The notes beneath the pieces were generated by a model. That model ran no database searches, was not told the DNA's origin, and saw only the letters and a program-made list of their open reading frames with translations. The translations under genes were made by a program, and so were the position numbers. A stretch of DNA of 64,000 bases from a virus, in the IMG/VR virus record IMGVR_UViG_3300029288_006769, positions 360,145-424,144 of that record, one strand, 5' to 3'. Positions 39,357-48,447 of the stretch are shown here, one piece after another. Position 1 is the first letter of the stretch. Every line of letters starts with the position of its first letter.

Positions 39357-39507
39357 TAAGTCATGTCTTTTAACCTTGGAAGCTTACATTTTTTTCGTCA
39401 GTTCAAATCTGACTGCTCCACCGGCGGTGGAGTATGGCCGAGTGGTTTAAGGCACCCAACTGCTAATTGGACAAAGAAAACAGCTCTCAGAACTCAGACA
39501 TGACTTA
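39357..39507 (+). ncRNA. Y RNA-like tRNA mimic, unit 4 (tRNA-Ser(GCT)-like, circularly permuted at the variable arm)
   Basis: Terminal stem TAAGTCATGTCT/AGACATGACTTA; order is T arm GTCAG-TTCAAAT-CTGAC, acceptor hairpin TGCTCCACC/GGTGGAGTA, D arm GCCGAGTGGTTTAAGGC, anticodon arm CCAA-CTGCTAA-TTGG. Confidence 0.8.
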
Positions 39508-39529
39508 AATTTTAAAATTCACGATGAAG

Positions 39530-39565
39530 AAGAGGGCTCAATCAAAAGAGCCCTCTTTTGTTTTT
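39530..39565 (+). terminator. Intrinsic terminator closing the RNA array
   Basis: AAGAGGGCTC/GAGCCCTCTT stem followed by TTGTTTTT. Confidence 0.8.
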
Positions 39566-39635
39566 AGCATTATTTTTAGAATTTTACAAGTTAAAATATA
39601 GAAATAGAGCAACAAGCAAAAGAAAGGAATGAACT

Positions 39636-39887
39636 ATGTCAACGATCCATGTTGTTTACGGCGGAAGAAATGAAGATCTTGAGTTTGACGAAGTGTTCAG
39701 ACCAGATAGACATGAAGCTCTGGGAGTAACAAATCCTGAACCAAGAAATATGACACCAGAAATTGTAAAACGAGCTTTAGCAAATCATTATGATGTGAAT
39801 CAAAATGAATTTGAAGCTCATTTTGTCGAAATCAACTCGAACGGAAATATCACCGTACGTCCCAATGCGAGATGGGGAGGTCATTAA
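39636..39887 (+). CDS. Putative ubiquitin-like (beta-grasp) protein ending WGG-H
   Basis: 83 aa, beta-beta-alpha-beta-beta pattern, C-terminal VRPNARWGGH; in operon with JAB and ThiF/E1. Confidence 0.6.
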   Translation: MSTIHVVYGGRNEDLEFDEVFRPDRHEALGVTNPEPRNMTPEIVKRALANHYDVNQNEFEAHFVEINSNGNITVRPNARWGGH

Positions 39888-39888
39888 A

Positions 39889-41439
39889 ATGACAACTATG
39901 GTAAAAAAAGAACAAGACATCAGGGTTAAAATCCTCAACTCATTTATGACCTGTCCTCATCGAGACACGGGTGAATTGCAAAAAATTCATGCAGAAATGA
40001 GAGAGAAAGATCCTGTGTTCTATGCACATCTTGCTGCATGGTACAAAAAGAATGGTGATCTTCGTGATCATAATGAAGTTTTCACAGCCATGTTGATCAC
40101 AGATCCTTTCTTGGACAATCGCGAAACAGGTATTGCTCTTTTTCAAAATCAAGCTCCCTTTATGAAAATCAAAATTCTCAGTTTCATTAAAGGGAAGAAA
40201 ATCACTCTGAGGGAAAAGACGGGTGAACAAGTCAAACGCGGAAAGAAAATGATTGATGAGATCAAAAATTCTAAGAAACAAGTTGGTCTTATCAAAAATA
40301 TCCCAAACATACTTCGAACTGAAATCGAAAGATATGTTCGTTGGCTTGAAAAAGACAATGATAGATTTGATTCTGTTGCTCTGACAAATTTCAATGATTT
40401 GAAATCTTTTTATGCAGGTAAAGGTGTTCAGATCAAACCTTGTCCAAGAGCACAACAAATCCTGTTTGAAGAAAAATTTCCTGAAGATAGCAAACTTACT
40501 GTTTTCAAACAAATCAGAGAAGCTGATACGCCTGAGAAAGCAGCCAATCTGATGGTGCAACATAAAATTCCTTACACTATTGCAGTAGGTTTGAGAGATA
40601 AAATTACGCCATCTATTTTGATTGCTTTGATCAATAACATGACTGCTCAGGAAATTATTACAAACATTGCTTCTTTGCAAGAAAAAGGTGCAATGGATAA
40701 TCCTGGAACAAAAAAATTGATCACAGAAAAACTTGAAGCAGCAAAAACAGCAAAGAATGTAACTGCTCTCAAATCCAAAAGAGCTAAGCAGACAGGAAGA
40801 GTCAAAGACGAAACTGTTCTCAAGCAGTTGGATGAAATTGCTGATAAGCAAATCAAAAAATCTGGGTCAATCAAAGTTTCTACTGGGTTGCTCATTGACA
40901 GATCAGGTTCTATGGATGTTGCAATTCAAGTTGGAAAACAGATTGCTGCAACAATTTGTGGTTCAATGGAAGCTGATTTGTTCGGTGTCGCATTTGATAC
41001 TATGGCACAAGCTGTTAAAGCAAGTGAAAATACATTAACTGCTTGGGAAAAAGCATTTGCGCCAATCCATGCAAGCGGTAGAACTTCAGTTGGTTGTGCT
41101 CTTGATTTCATGATCAGGTATAAATTATATGCTGAACAGCTCATTATTGTGACTGATGAGGATGAAAACCAGAATCCACGATTTGCTGATGTATTTCCAA
41201 AGTATGTACAGGAAATGAAAGTAACTCCTGCAATTATTATCGTAAGAGTAGGTGACAAAAAAACTGGACTCAGTACTTCGCTTAAAAACGCAGGAATTTC
41301 TTTTGATTCATATGAACCATCAGGAAATGACTACTATGGACTTTCAGGTCTGATACCTTTGCTTTCTCGTAAATCAAAGTTAGACCTTGTTTATGAAATT
41401 ATGGACTTTCCACTTCCGATTCGAAAGTCTTATGTCTAA
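39889..41439 (+). CDS. TROVE (Ro60-like) plus vWA domain RNA-binding protein
   Basis: N-terminal DPVFYAHLAAWY...GDLRD helical TROVE-like region; MIDAS DRSGS, G.T, IIVTDE; start 39889 after GGAGG. Confidence 0.75.
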   Translation: MTTMVKKEQDIRVKILNSFMTCPHRDTGELQKIHAEMREKDPVFYAHLAAWYKKNGDLRDHNEVFTAMLITDPFLDNRETGIALFQNQAPFMKIKILSFIKGKKITLREKTGEQVKRGKKMIDEIKNSKKQVGLIKNIPNILRTEIERYVRWLEKDNDRFDSVALTNFNDLKSFYAGKGVQIKPCPRAQQILFEEKFPEDSKLTVFKQIREADTPEKAANLMVQHKIPYTIAVGLRDKITPSILIALINNMTAQEIITNIASLQEKGAMDNPGTKKLITEKLEAAKTAKNVTALKSKRAKQTGRVKDETVLKQLDEIADKQIKKSGSIKVSTGLLIDRSGSMDVAIQVGKQIAATICGSMEADLFGVAFDTMAQAVKASENTLTAWEKAFAPIHASGRTSVGCALDFMIRYKLYAEQLIIVTDEDENQNPRFADVFPKYVQEMKVTPAIIIVRVGDKKTGLSTSLKNAGISFDSYEPSGNDYYGLSGLIPLLSRKSKLDLVYEIMDFPLPIRKSYV

Positions 41440-42277
41440 TGTTTTTGATCTTATTAAAAAAGTAGGGGAGAAAGAAGCGGCTATTCAAGAGTTTATCTCC
41501 CCTATTTTTTTTAATGAATATGTAGCCACCAAGATCGAAGGCATTGTTTATAAATTCAAAATTTCGCAAAAAACTCCAGGTTGGTATAAAATACAATCCA
41601 TAGACAGAAAGACAGCAAAAACTGTCGAACAGGCTGATCTTTCTGATATCGATACTTATTTGAAGTTTCTAACCAAGATTCGTTTTATTCTTGTAATGAA
41701 AAAGAATAACGTTTATTTTGGTATACCCGAAAAATCAAATAATTTAAAACTTCCATTTGAGCAAATGATCCCTGTGTATCTTACTGATGATTCAGTTCAA
41801 GATTTTGACAGAGTCATTGTGCGTTTTGATGGCGCAAATTTCTGGTACCATCAATTGGATTATTCAAATGACATTTCAAAGGCATCATATTTAAGAGAGA
41901 AATTGTTGAAAGTTGTCGATTCAAAGAAAATTAATTATTCGGGTTTGACAATCGAAGAAAAAATTGCTTATACTTTAAGAGTTACACTTGATAAAAAACT
42001 TGTAATTGACAAAAAGAAGACATCTCTTAAAGATGATGTTGAACATGCTGGTGGCGAATTTATAAAATTTACGGAAAAAAGCGACCATTTCAGCGTAACT
42101 TATATTGTCGATGGACAACAATATACAAGCCATGTGAGTAAAAACGAAAGTCATAGCGTAATAACTGCTGGAATTTGTTTGTCTGGTGAAGATAGAAAAT
42201 ATGATTTAAAAAGTCTTATAACAGTTATGAGAGAGGGTCAGCATGCAGGAAGAATCCATAGAACTCACAACTTTTAA
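41432..42277 (+). CDS. Conserved hypothetical protein, possible E2-like carrier
   Basis: Single Cys in C-terminal AGICLSG motif; coupled to the TROVE gene. Confidence 0.45.
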   Translation: MSNVFDLIKKVGEKEAAIQEFISPIFFNEYVATKIEGIVYKFKISQKTPGWYKIQSIDRKTAKTVEQADLSDIDTYLKFLTKIRFILVMKKNNVYFGIPEKSNNLKLPFEQMIPVYLTDDSVQDFDRVIVRFDGANFWYHQLDYSNDISKASYLREKLLKVVDSKKINYSGLTIEEKIAYTLRVTLDKKLVIDKKKTSLKDDVEHAGGEFIKFTEKSDHFSVTYIVDGQQYTSHVSKNESHSVITAGICLSGEDRKYDLKSLITVMREGQHAGRIHRTHNF

Positions 42278-42656
42278 AGAAAGATGCTGGACATTATACG
42301 GTTTTAAAATTGGAAAATTTATTTTCGGTTGGCTTAAATATTTGGATGAAGGTGAAGAGTTTGCTGTAGAATTTGATTGGCGAAAAGGTTTGTCAAAATT
42401 TATCATCGGGTGGTTTCATACCCATCCAACTACGGTTACTTTGAATCCAAGCAAAGAAGACAAAAAAACAATGCGTTCTTGGGTTAGAACTTTAGAACGC
42501 CCATTGATTTGTGGGATCATGTATGACCATAAAAAAAGAAGAGAATTTCTTTGGAGAAATTGTTATTTATTTAAACGTTGGCCTGGCGGCAATGTGAACT
42601 ACCAACCAATTATGAGAGATAAACTAATCAAACATTTTTATATTGGAATTCTATGA
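42243..42656 (+). CDS. JAB/MPN (JAMM) metallopeptidase
   Basis: N-terminal E, IIGWFHTHP.....PS.ED motif. Confidence 0.85.
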   Translation: MQEESIELTTFKERCWTLYGFKIGKFIFGWLKYLDEGEEFAVEFDWRKGLSKFIIGWFHTHPTTVTLNPSKEDKKTMRSWVRTLERPLICGIMYDHKKRREFLWRNCYLFKRWPGGNVNYQPIMRDKLIKHFYIGIL

Positions 42657-42784
42657 AAAATAAAGGGTTCAAAAAAGAAACTCCTGAAGATGTTATTAAC
42701 TGGCTTGCTTCTATGAAAATAAAGGTGCATTATTTAATAAAAAGCTCAGGAAAAAATTAGAAAAAAGAAAGAAAAAAATGAGCA

Positions 42785-43021
42785 TTGTCTAAATTTCCTT
42801 ATAATGTCTATGCAACAAAAGAAAAAGTGTATATAGAAAAGAAAACAGGATGTGCAGCTCGCTTATGTTCTATATCTGCCGAATTTTATGACAGTAACGA
42901 AAAACAGGAAATAATTTTGGAATGTTCATTTAAAAAATTCCAAGAGAAAGCTATGTCAAGAGGATATATAGTACTTGATAAATTCAGACCTGCATGGGAT
43001 ATTGAAAGAGAGATAAAATGA
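42785..43021 (+). CDS. Hypothetical protein
   Basis: 78 aa ORF overlapping the ThiF start. Confidence 0.45.
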   Translation: MSKFPYNVYATKEKVYIEKKTGCAARLCSISAEFYDSNEKQEIILECSFKKFQEKAMSRGYIVLDKFRPAWDIEREIK

Positions 43022-43650
43022 GTACTTTCAAACATGAAGAACTATATCGGGAAAAAGTATTATTCGAAATGATGTCAAAATTTTCTATTACTATGTGTGG
43101 TGCTGGAGCTATAGGTTCTAATCTTGTCGATAATTTGATCCGTCAAGGCTTCAAAAAAATTTCCGTAATAGATTTTGACAGAGTTGAAGATGGAAATAGA
43201 CATACACAAATATGGAGCTCAAGAGAGATTGGACAGCTTAAAGTAACAGCATTAAGAAATAGAATGTTTGAAGTTCTCAATACGCAAATTACTGCAATTT
43301 CTAAAAAACTTGATAAATCAAATCTTAATCTTATAGAGCCTTCAAGTTTAGTTATTGATGGCTTTGACAATGTACCAAGTAGAAAATTGATAACAGAATA
43401 TTGTAAAGAAAATAACATTGATTGTTTGCATATTGGTTTGTTCCAAGATTATGCTGAAATAATCTGGAACGAAAAATACAGAGTGCCTGATGAAGTAACT
43501 AATATGGATATATGTGAATATCCTTTAGCAAGGAATATAATTTTGTTGGCTATTGCTGTAGCGACAGAGATATTAATAGCATATTTAGAAACAGGTGAAA
43601 AGCGTAATTTCGTGATAACTTTAAAAGACTTCAAAATTTCGAGAATATAA
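43018..43650 (+). CDS. ThiF/E1-like adenylyltransferase
   Basis: GAGAIGS, IDFDRVE..N..TQ, K, IDGFDN..SR, DICEYP. Confidence 0.9.
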   Translation: MSTFKHEELYREKVLFEMMSKFSITMCGAGAIGSNLVDNLIRQGFKKISVIDFDRVEDGNRHTQIWSSREIGQLKVTALRNRMFEVLNTQITAISKKLDKSNLNLIEPSSLVIDGFDNVPSRKLITEYCKENNIDCLHIGLFQDYAEIIWNEKYRVPDEVTNMDICEYPLARNIILLAIAVATEILIAYLETGEKRNFVITLKDFKISRI

Positions 43651-44162
43651 TGGATATTTGGTTCAATATGTTGATCGGTATTCCCGGTTCTGGGAAATCT
43701 ACTTGGCTAAACATACAACCTCGAAAAACTTATGTTGTCTGTCCTGATTCAATACGATTATATTTAACTGGTGATATTTCAAATCATAGTCAAGAAGAGA
43801 CTGTTTGGAATATTGCAAAATACACAACACGTTGGGCTTTAGTAAATAATATTTCAATAACATTTGATGCAACTAACACAAGTACATTTTTAAGAAGAGA
43901 CTTTCTTGGGGCTCTTCCTCTTCAAGTATCGGATTTTAAACGCAAAGCAATTCTTTTTCCTACAGACCCAAATGTGGCTGTTTCAAGAGTTAATGCTAGA
44001 ACATTTGGCTCAAAAGTTCCACCAGAAAAAATATTTCAATCACATCTATTGTTTCAGCAAACTTTGAAAGATATTTTAGATGAAGATTGGGACTGTATAG
44101 AAACGATAGGAGACTCAAATGGCGGAAAAACTGTTAAAATCCCGGAAAGTGTCAGGACCTGA
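43650..44162 (+). CDS. P-loop kinase, polynucleotide kinase-like (AAA_33)
   Basis: GIPGSGKST, D.IR, FDATN....R, R...R...VP. Confidence 0.8.
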   Translation: MDIWFNMLIGIPGSGKSTWLNIQPRKTYVVCPDSIRLYLTGDISNHSQEETVWNIAKYTTRWALVNNISITFDATNTSTFLRRDFLGALPLQVSDFKRKAILFPTDPNVAVSRVNARTFGSKVPPEKIFQSHLLFQQTLKDILDEDWDCIETIGDSNGGKTVKIPESVRT

Positions 44163-45531
44163 AAACGATGGTTTTACAGAAACAGTAAAACATAAAGTTT
44201 TATTCTGCGGCAACCCTGAAGGAAACAACAACAAGTTCTATTCAATAGAGCTTCAAAAAAATTCTAAAGGTCAATATCGGTTATTTACTCATTATGGCCG
44301 TCTCGGAAAAACCGATGTTTATGAAGTCCGCGATGAATACCTCGGTAGACCTCTCGATCTTTCAACAGCAGATCGTGAATTTGAAGTTATCCTCGCTTCA
44401 AAACTCAAAGGCAAGAAAAAAGAAAGCGAACTCGGTGGAAACCGTGTTGAAAAATATGAATTGGTCGAGACATTCGCACCCACGGTTGGCTCTGTCAATG
44501 TCCGCGGAAAAAATGTTGGCATTACTGTTTCAGTCAAAAAAGATGATGTTGTTGACTCTTATTCCAATCCGGAAGTTGCTCGAATTATCCGTCAAATTGT
44601 CGATGAAAACATCCATACCATTTCTACATTGACAACCTTGAAACTAACATCAAATGGGTTTGAAACTCCCCTGGGTCCCGTCACAAAAGAACATGTGGCA
44701 AATGCAAGAGTCCCACTTATGTCTTTGAAATCTCTGATGGTTAATGACGAAATCAACCCCGACAATCAATTGACTCGAGATCACAATGCAAAATATTTCT
44801 CCATGATTCCCCATCCCTTTGGACACAAAATAACAAAAGATGACTGGATTCTTTCTGCGGCAAAACTCGCCGAAGAATTCGAATTGCTTGACAACCTTGA
44901 ATCAGCTGTTACAATGGGTGCCGCCATGCAAAATGCCGCACAACAAAAACGCGCTCTTGGTACAGATATCGAAATAGTTTCCGACAAAAGAGAAATTGAT
45001 CGAATTTACTCCTATATTACGACAACAAAAGCGGGAAATCATCGTGGTTCTGATGTGTGGAACTGGAAACCTAAAAACGTTTTCAAAATCAAAATACCTG
45101 CAGAAAGAGCAAGATTTGAAAAAACTGAAAAACAATTCGGTAACCAACATGAACTCTTCCATGGCTCAAAAAATGGCAATATTTTGAGTATTCTCAAGGG
45201 GGGTCTGATCATCCCTTCATGCAATGCCGGTCATGTCACAGGTCGTATGTTCGGTGATGGTATTTATTTTGCTAATGCATCGACGAAATCTCTTAATTAC
45301 TCTACAGGATTTTGGGGCGGACGTGGCAATAAAAATTCAAATTCTTTCTTATTTCTTGCAAATGTTGCTATGGGAAAAACATTTGTAGCCCATGACGCTC
45401 GGTATTCTGGAATACCACATGGATATGACTCAATTCATGCTCAAAAAGGAAGATCGTTATATAATGACGAATTTATTGTTTTCAAATTGCAACAAGCCAC
45501 TTTAACATATCTGGTTGAAATGACCAAATAA
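44119..45531 (+). CDS. WGR-domain PARP-family ADP-ribosyltransferase
   Basis: NNNKFY...HYGRLG (WGR); YFSMIPH.FG (regulatory domain); LFHGS, GRMFGDGIYFA..STKSLNY, NDEFIVF (H-Y-E triad). Confidence 0.92.
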   Translation: MAEKLLKSRKVSGPENDGFTETVKHKVLFCGNPEGNNNKFYSIELQKNSKGQYRLFTHYGRLGKTDVYEVRDEYLGRPLDLSTADREFEVILASKLKGKKKESELGGNRVEKYELVETFAPTVGSVNVRGKNVGITVSVKKDDVVDSYSNPEVARIIRQIVDENIHTISTLTTLKLTSNGFETPLGPVTKEHVANARVPLMSLKSLMVNDEINPDNQLTRDHNAKYFSMIPHPFGHKITKDDWILSAAKLAEEFELLDNLESAVTMGAAMQNAAQQKRALGTDIEIVSDKREIDRIYSYITTTKAGNHRGSDVWNWKPKNVFKIKIPAERARFEKTEKQFGNQHELFHGSKNGNILSILKGGLIIPSCNAGHVTGRMFGDGIYFANASTKSLNYSTGFWGGRGNKNSNSFLFLANVAMGKTFVAHDARYSGIPHGYDSIHAQKGRSLYNDEFIVFKLQQATLTYLVEMTK

Positions 45532-45540
45532 GGAGGTTCT

Positions 45541-46128
45541 ATGTCTGATGATTCTATCATCCAAGCAAAAGTCGAGCAATTCGGTGCCCAAGGAGGAATG
45601 TTTACATCGGTAGACATCGGAAACTCCATCAAAGAAGATCAGCACTGGGTGAAAAATTCCATAGTTGCTGCCTGGCTCAGACAAAACGCATTGGTTGTCC
45701 TGCAAGGGTATGCAACAACTCTTATCGATGTTCAAACGTCCAATGGTCCGGCAACCGCTTTCTTGTATCATCCCATGGGTTCAGATCCCAATGATTACAA
45801 AAGAAGAAATCAGAGCGCAATGCCCCCGCAAAATACCGTCAATTTTCCGGGAACAACTCCGTCGACAAACTCACAAAAAACAAAAGTTCGTTCCGATTGC
45901 AATGCCAGACTTCGTATCCCTGCTTCCATCGTCAGACAACTCGGCTGGAATCCCGGCGACATGGTTGACAATTCCAAAATCATCATCAATGGTACAACGC
46001 CCTTGACAGACGGAAACATCGTCCATTCAGATGGACGTATTACATTCCGTCGTAGTTGTCTCGGTTTCGGTGACGGTCCAGTCATGGCCTATGTCGAAAA
46101 TGGTTGCCTGCATTTCGAGAAGCCATAA
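45541..46128 (+). CDS. Hypothetical protein with AbrB-like C-terminal domain
   Basis: RLRIPASIVRQLGWNPGD; AGGAGG SD. Confidence 0.55.
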   Translation: MSDDSIIQAKVEQFGAQGGMFTSVDIGNSIKEDQHWVKNSIVAAWLRQNALVVLQGYATTLIDVQTSNGPATAFLYHPMGSDPNDYKRRNQSAMPPQNTVNFPGTTPSTNSQKTKVRSDCNARLRIPASIVRQLGWNPGDMVDNSKIIINGTTPLTDGNIVHSDGRITFRRSCLGFGDGPVMAYVENGCLHFEKP

Positions 46129-46790
46129 TGAATTTATTCGGACCTTGTAAAGTTCTTAATAATCAGGATGTCTCTTATTTAGATGACATCCTGATGTGTA
46201 ATGGATTACTGCAAGTTGTGCCTGCAGAAACATTGGCGCAAATACCATCGAACCATTTGGCTATTTTTGGACACAAGTATGGTTTCTATTGTTTCCCGAC
46301 AATTGAATTAGCCAATTGGTTAAAAGACAATTTTGATCTTTCTAAAATGATCGAAATTGGTGCCGGACATGGAGCACTTGCTAGATATTTGAAAATTCCA
46401 GCAACAGACTCTAAATTAATGGATGACCCTCAAATACAGAACTACTACAGTATGATGGGTCAACCGACAGTGAAATATCCAAACGATGTCGAAAAAATAA
46501 CTGCAAAAGATGCAGTCTACAAATATAAACCCAAAATAGTACTTGGGTGTTGGGTTACTCATAAATACACTATGCAAGAACATGACCGTGGTGGGAATAT
46601 GTATGGTGTAGATGAAGGATGGATTTTAAAACGTGTCGATCAATATATCATTATTGGCAATGAAAAAGTGCATAATAAAAAAAAGATTCTTGACTTACCC
46701 CATAAGGCATACCAATTCCCTTGGTTGTATAGTAGATCAGTCGAGCCTACCAAGAACATAATTTATGTTTGGGATAAGGTGTCTATATGA
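46128..46790 (+). CDS. Putative SAM-dependent methyltransferase-like protein
   Basis: IEIGAGHG glycine-rich motif. Confidence 0.45.
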   Translation: MNLFGPCKVLNNQDVSYLDDILMCNGLLQVVPAETLAQIPSNHLAIFGHKYGFYCFPTIELANWLKDNFDLSKMIEIGAGHGALARYLKIPATDSKLMDDPQIQNYYSMMGQPTVKYPNDVEKITAKDAVYKYKPKIVLGCWVTHKYTMQEHDRGGNMYGVDEGWILKRVDQYIIIGNEKVHNKKKILDLPHKAYQFPWLYSRSVEPTKNIIYVWDKVSI

Positions 46791-47521
46791 CTGAATTAAA
46801 AATATGTGCTATGCGGTCACGCGATAACAGCTTTGTCAGGAATTTTTGGTGCTGTCATGGTGGAACAGGCTATGATGACGAATGGCACGCGGATCCTGGT
46901 AGATTTTATGCAGATATTAAAACCCTACAATTCAAAAATTCATTTCCATATCATTTAGAACTTTATAAAATAGGTAGAAAATATCATTTATCAATATCAG
47001 TTCATTTTAATCATCAACAAGATTTTTCTATAGCAAGAATGTCAAAAATTTCAAATAAAAAAGAAGCAACAAGAGCAACATTTAAAAGTATTAGAGAATT
47101 TGAAAAAGATAAAGTAAGAGTCAATGAAATGTGGCGACAGATATCTCATGACACACCCGTAGTTGATTCTGATGGTATTTGGAGATATTCTGTATTGATA
47201 GGTTCTGCAGATACAACTCTAATCAAGACTTCTCTTAACTCTCATAATGCTGCATTAGGTTATGGAGATTTTTATTCTTTACATTTTGAACGTAATGCAT
47301 GGACTTGGACAAAACATAGTATAATGTCTATGGGTCATAGTACATCAGGTTGCGAACGCGTCTCATTTATGATTTGGAAAGCTATTTATGGTTACAATCC
47401 TATTTTAGACACAATTATCGATGAAGCAATTCTTTTTGCACAACAAAACCCTTCACCTAATATAATAGAAGAAGATTTATCCGAACAATATATGCAAGCT
47501 TTTCATGACTCACAATTTTGA
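46787..47521 (+). CDS. Hypothetical protein
   Basis: 244 aa ORF, ATGA-coupled. Confidence 0.55.
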   Translation: MTELKICAMRSRDNSFVRNFWCCHGGTGYDDEWHADPGRFYADIKTLQFKNSFPYHLELYKIGRKYHLSISVHFNHQQDFSIARMSKISNKKEATRATFKSIREFEKDKVRVNEMWRQISHDTPVVDSDGIWRYSVLIGSADTTLIKTSLNSHNAALGYGDFYSLHFERNAWTWTKHSIMSMGHSTSGCERVSFMIWKAIYGYNPILDTIIDEAILFAQQNPSPNIIEEDLSEQYMQAFHDSQF

Positions 47522-47527
47522 GGCCAC

Positions 47528-48136
47528 ATGCACAATCTACAAGATGCTCTCATAAAAGCAAAATTAGCTAAAGAAGAACAAAGACAAACAACAGCTGTTG
47601 CTGAACCTCTCAAACAAGAAATAAAACAACAATATCAGCAACCTGCTCGCTTAACAGCACCAGAATTTGAAAAATTTGAGACGCTTTTCTGTACAGAAAA
47701 ATCAAAGCCTTTTGCAATACATTTATTACATGGATTTCTTCCTTTCCCTGACAACGATTATATTTGGGGGTGGGAAGACAAAAAATGGAAAAATGGGAAA
47801 AAATGCTGTATTTGTGGTTTAGAAACTTTATCAAGAGATGATCTTTTTAAAAATATTGACAAACAAACAGAAGCTTCAATGGAGGGAATGATACGAAGTG
47901 TCAAAGAAGAAAATTTTAATGTCCATGAATTTTTAAAATCAAAAAAGCAAGAAATGTTTGGTGATCGTCTTATGGGAGTCACATCAGAAAAAACTTCTTG
48001 TATTATGTGTGCTCCTTGTTATGAAACATTTTCAAATTGGGTACCTACAAGAATGCTTTATGACGATTCATTTGCTAAACTTATTACAAAAGTACGTTTG
48101 GCAAACACTTTTAAACAACGCGATATCCCTTCATAA
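47528..48136 (+). CDS. Hypothetical zinc-binding protein
   Basis: CCICG...CAPC. Confidence 0.55.
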   Translation: MHNLQDALIKAKLAKEEQRQTTAVAEPLKQEIKQQYQQPARLTAPEFEKFETLFCTEKSKPFAIHLLHGFLPFPDNDYIWGWEDKKWKNGKKCCICGLETLSRDDLFKNIDKQTEASMEGMIRSVKEENFNVHEFLKSKKQEMFGDRLMGVTSEKTSCIMCAPCYETFSNWVPTRMLYDDSFAKLITKVRLANTFKQRDIPS

Positions 48137-48447
48137 TAAATCCCAAAATATTTTTTGGCAGTATTAAAAGTCTCTTTCGAAATTGCTCGATGGAGGTACT
48201 ATGAATCGTTTCGAAAAAATCGAATATTTATATTTTAAATGGCGGCTCATAGTTATCCTCTTCATTCTAGCTGCTTCTGAATATATTTGGTTTCATTGGT
48301 ATCTTTATACCGGGTTCAATACTCAAAAAACCATAAAACGAATTCGTTCTAATTACTTTTGTCCACATACAGTCTTACAGCTTTGGATTGATTATAAACT
48401 TGGCAATCTGTAATTTGTCATTGTGATATAATTTATAGGGAGGCAAT

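Noticed and set aside
38869-39507. CRISPR array or plain tRNA cluster
   Set aside because: Conserved blocks are short, bipartite and pair around structured tRNA-like inserts. No cas genes are present, and two inserts are permuted.
39940-40851. 303 aa antisense ORF
   Set aside because: Shadow of the TROVE gene; Phe-rich with no motifs.
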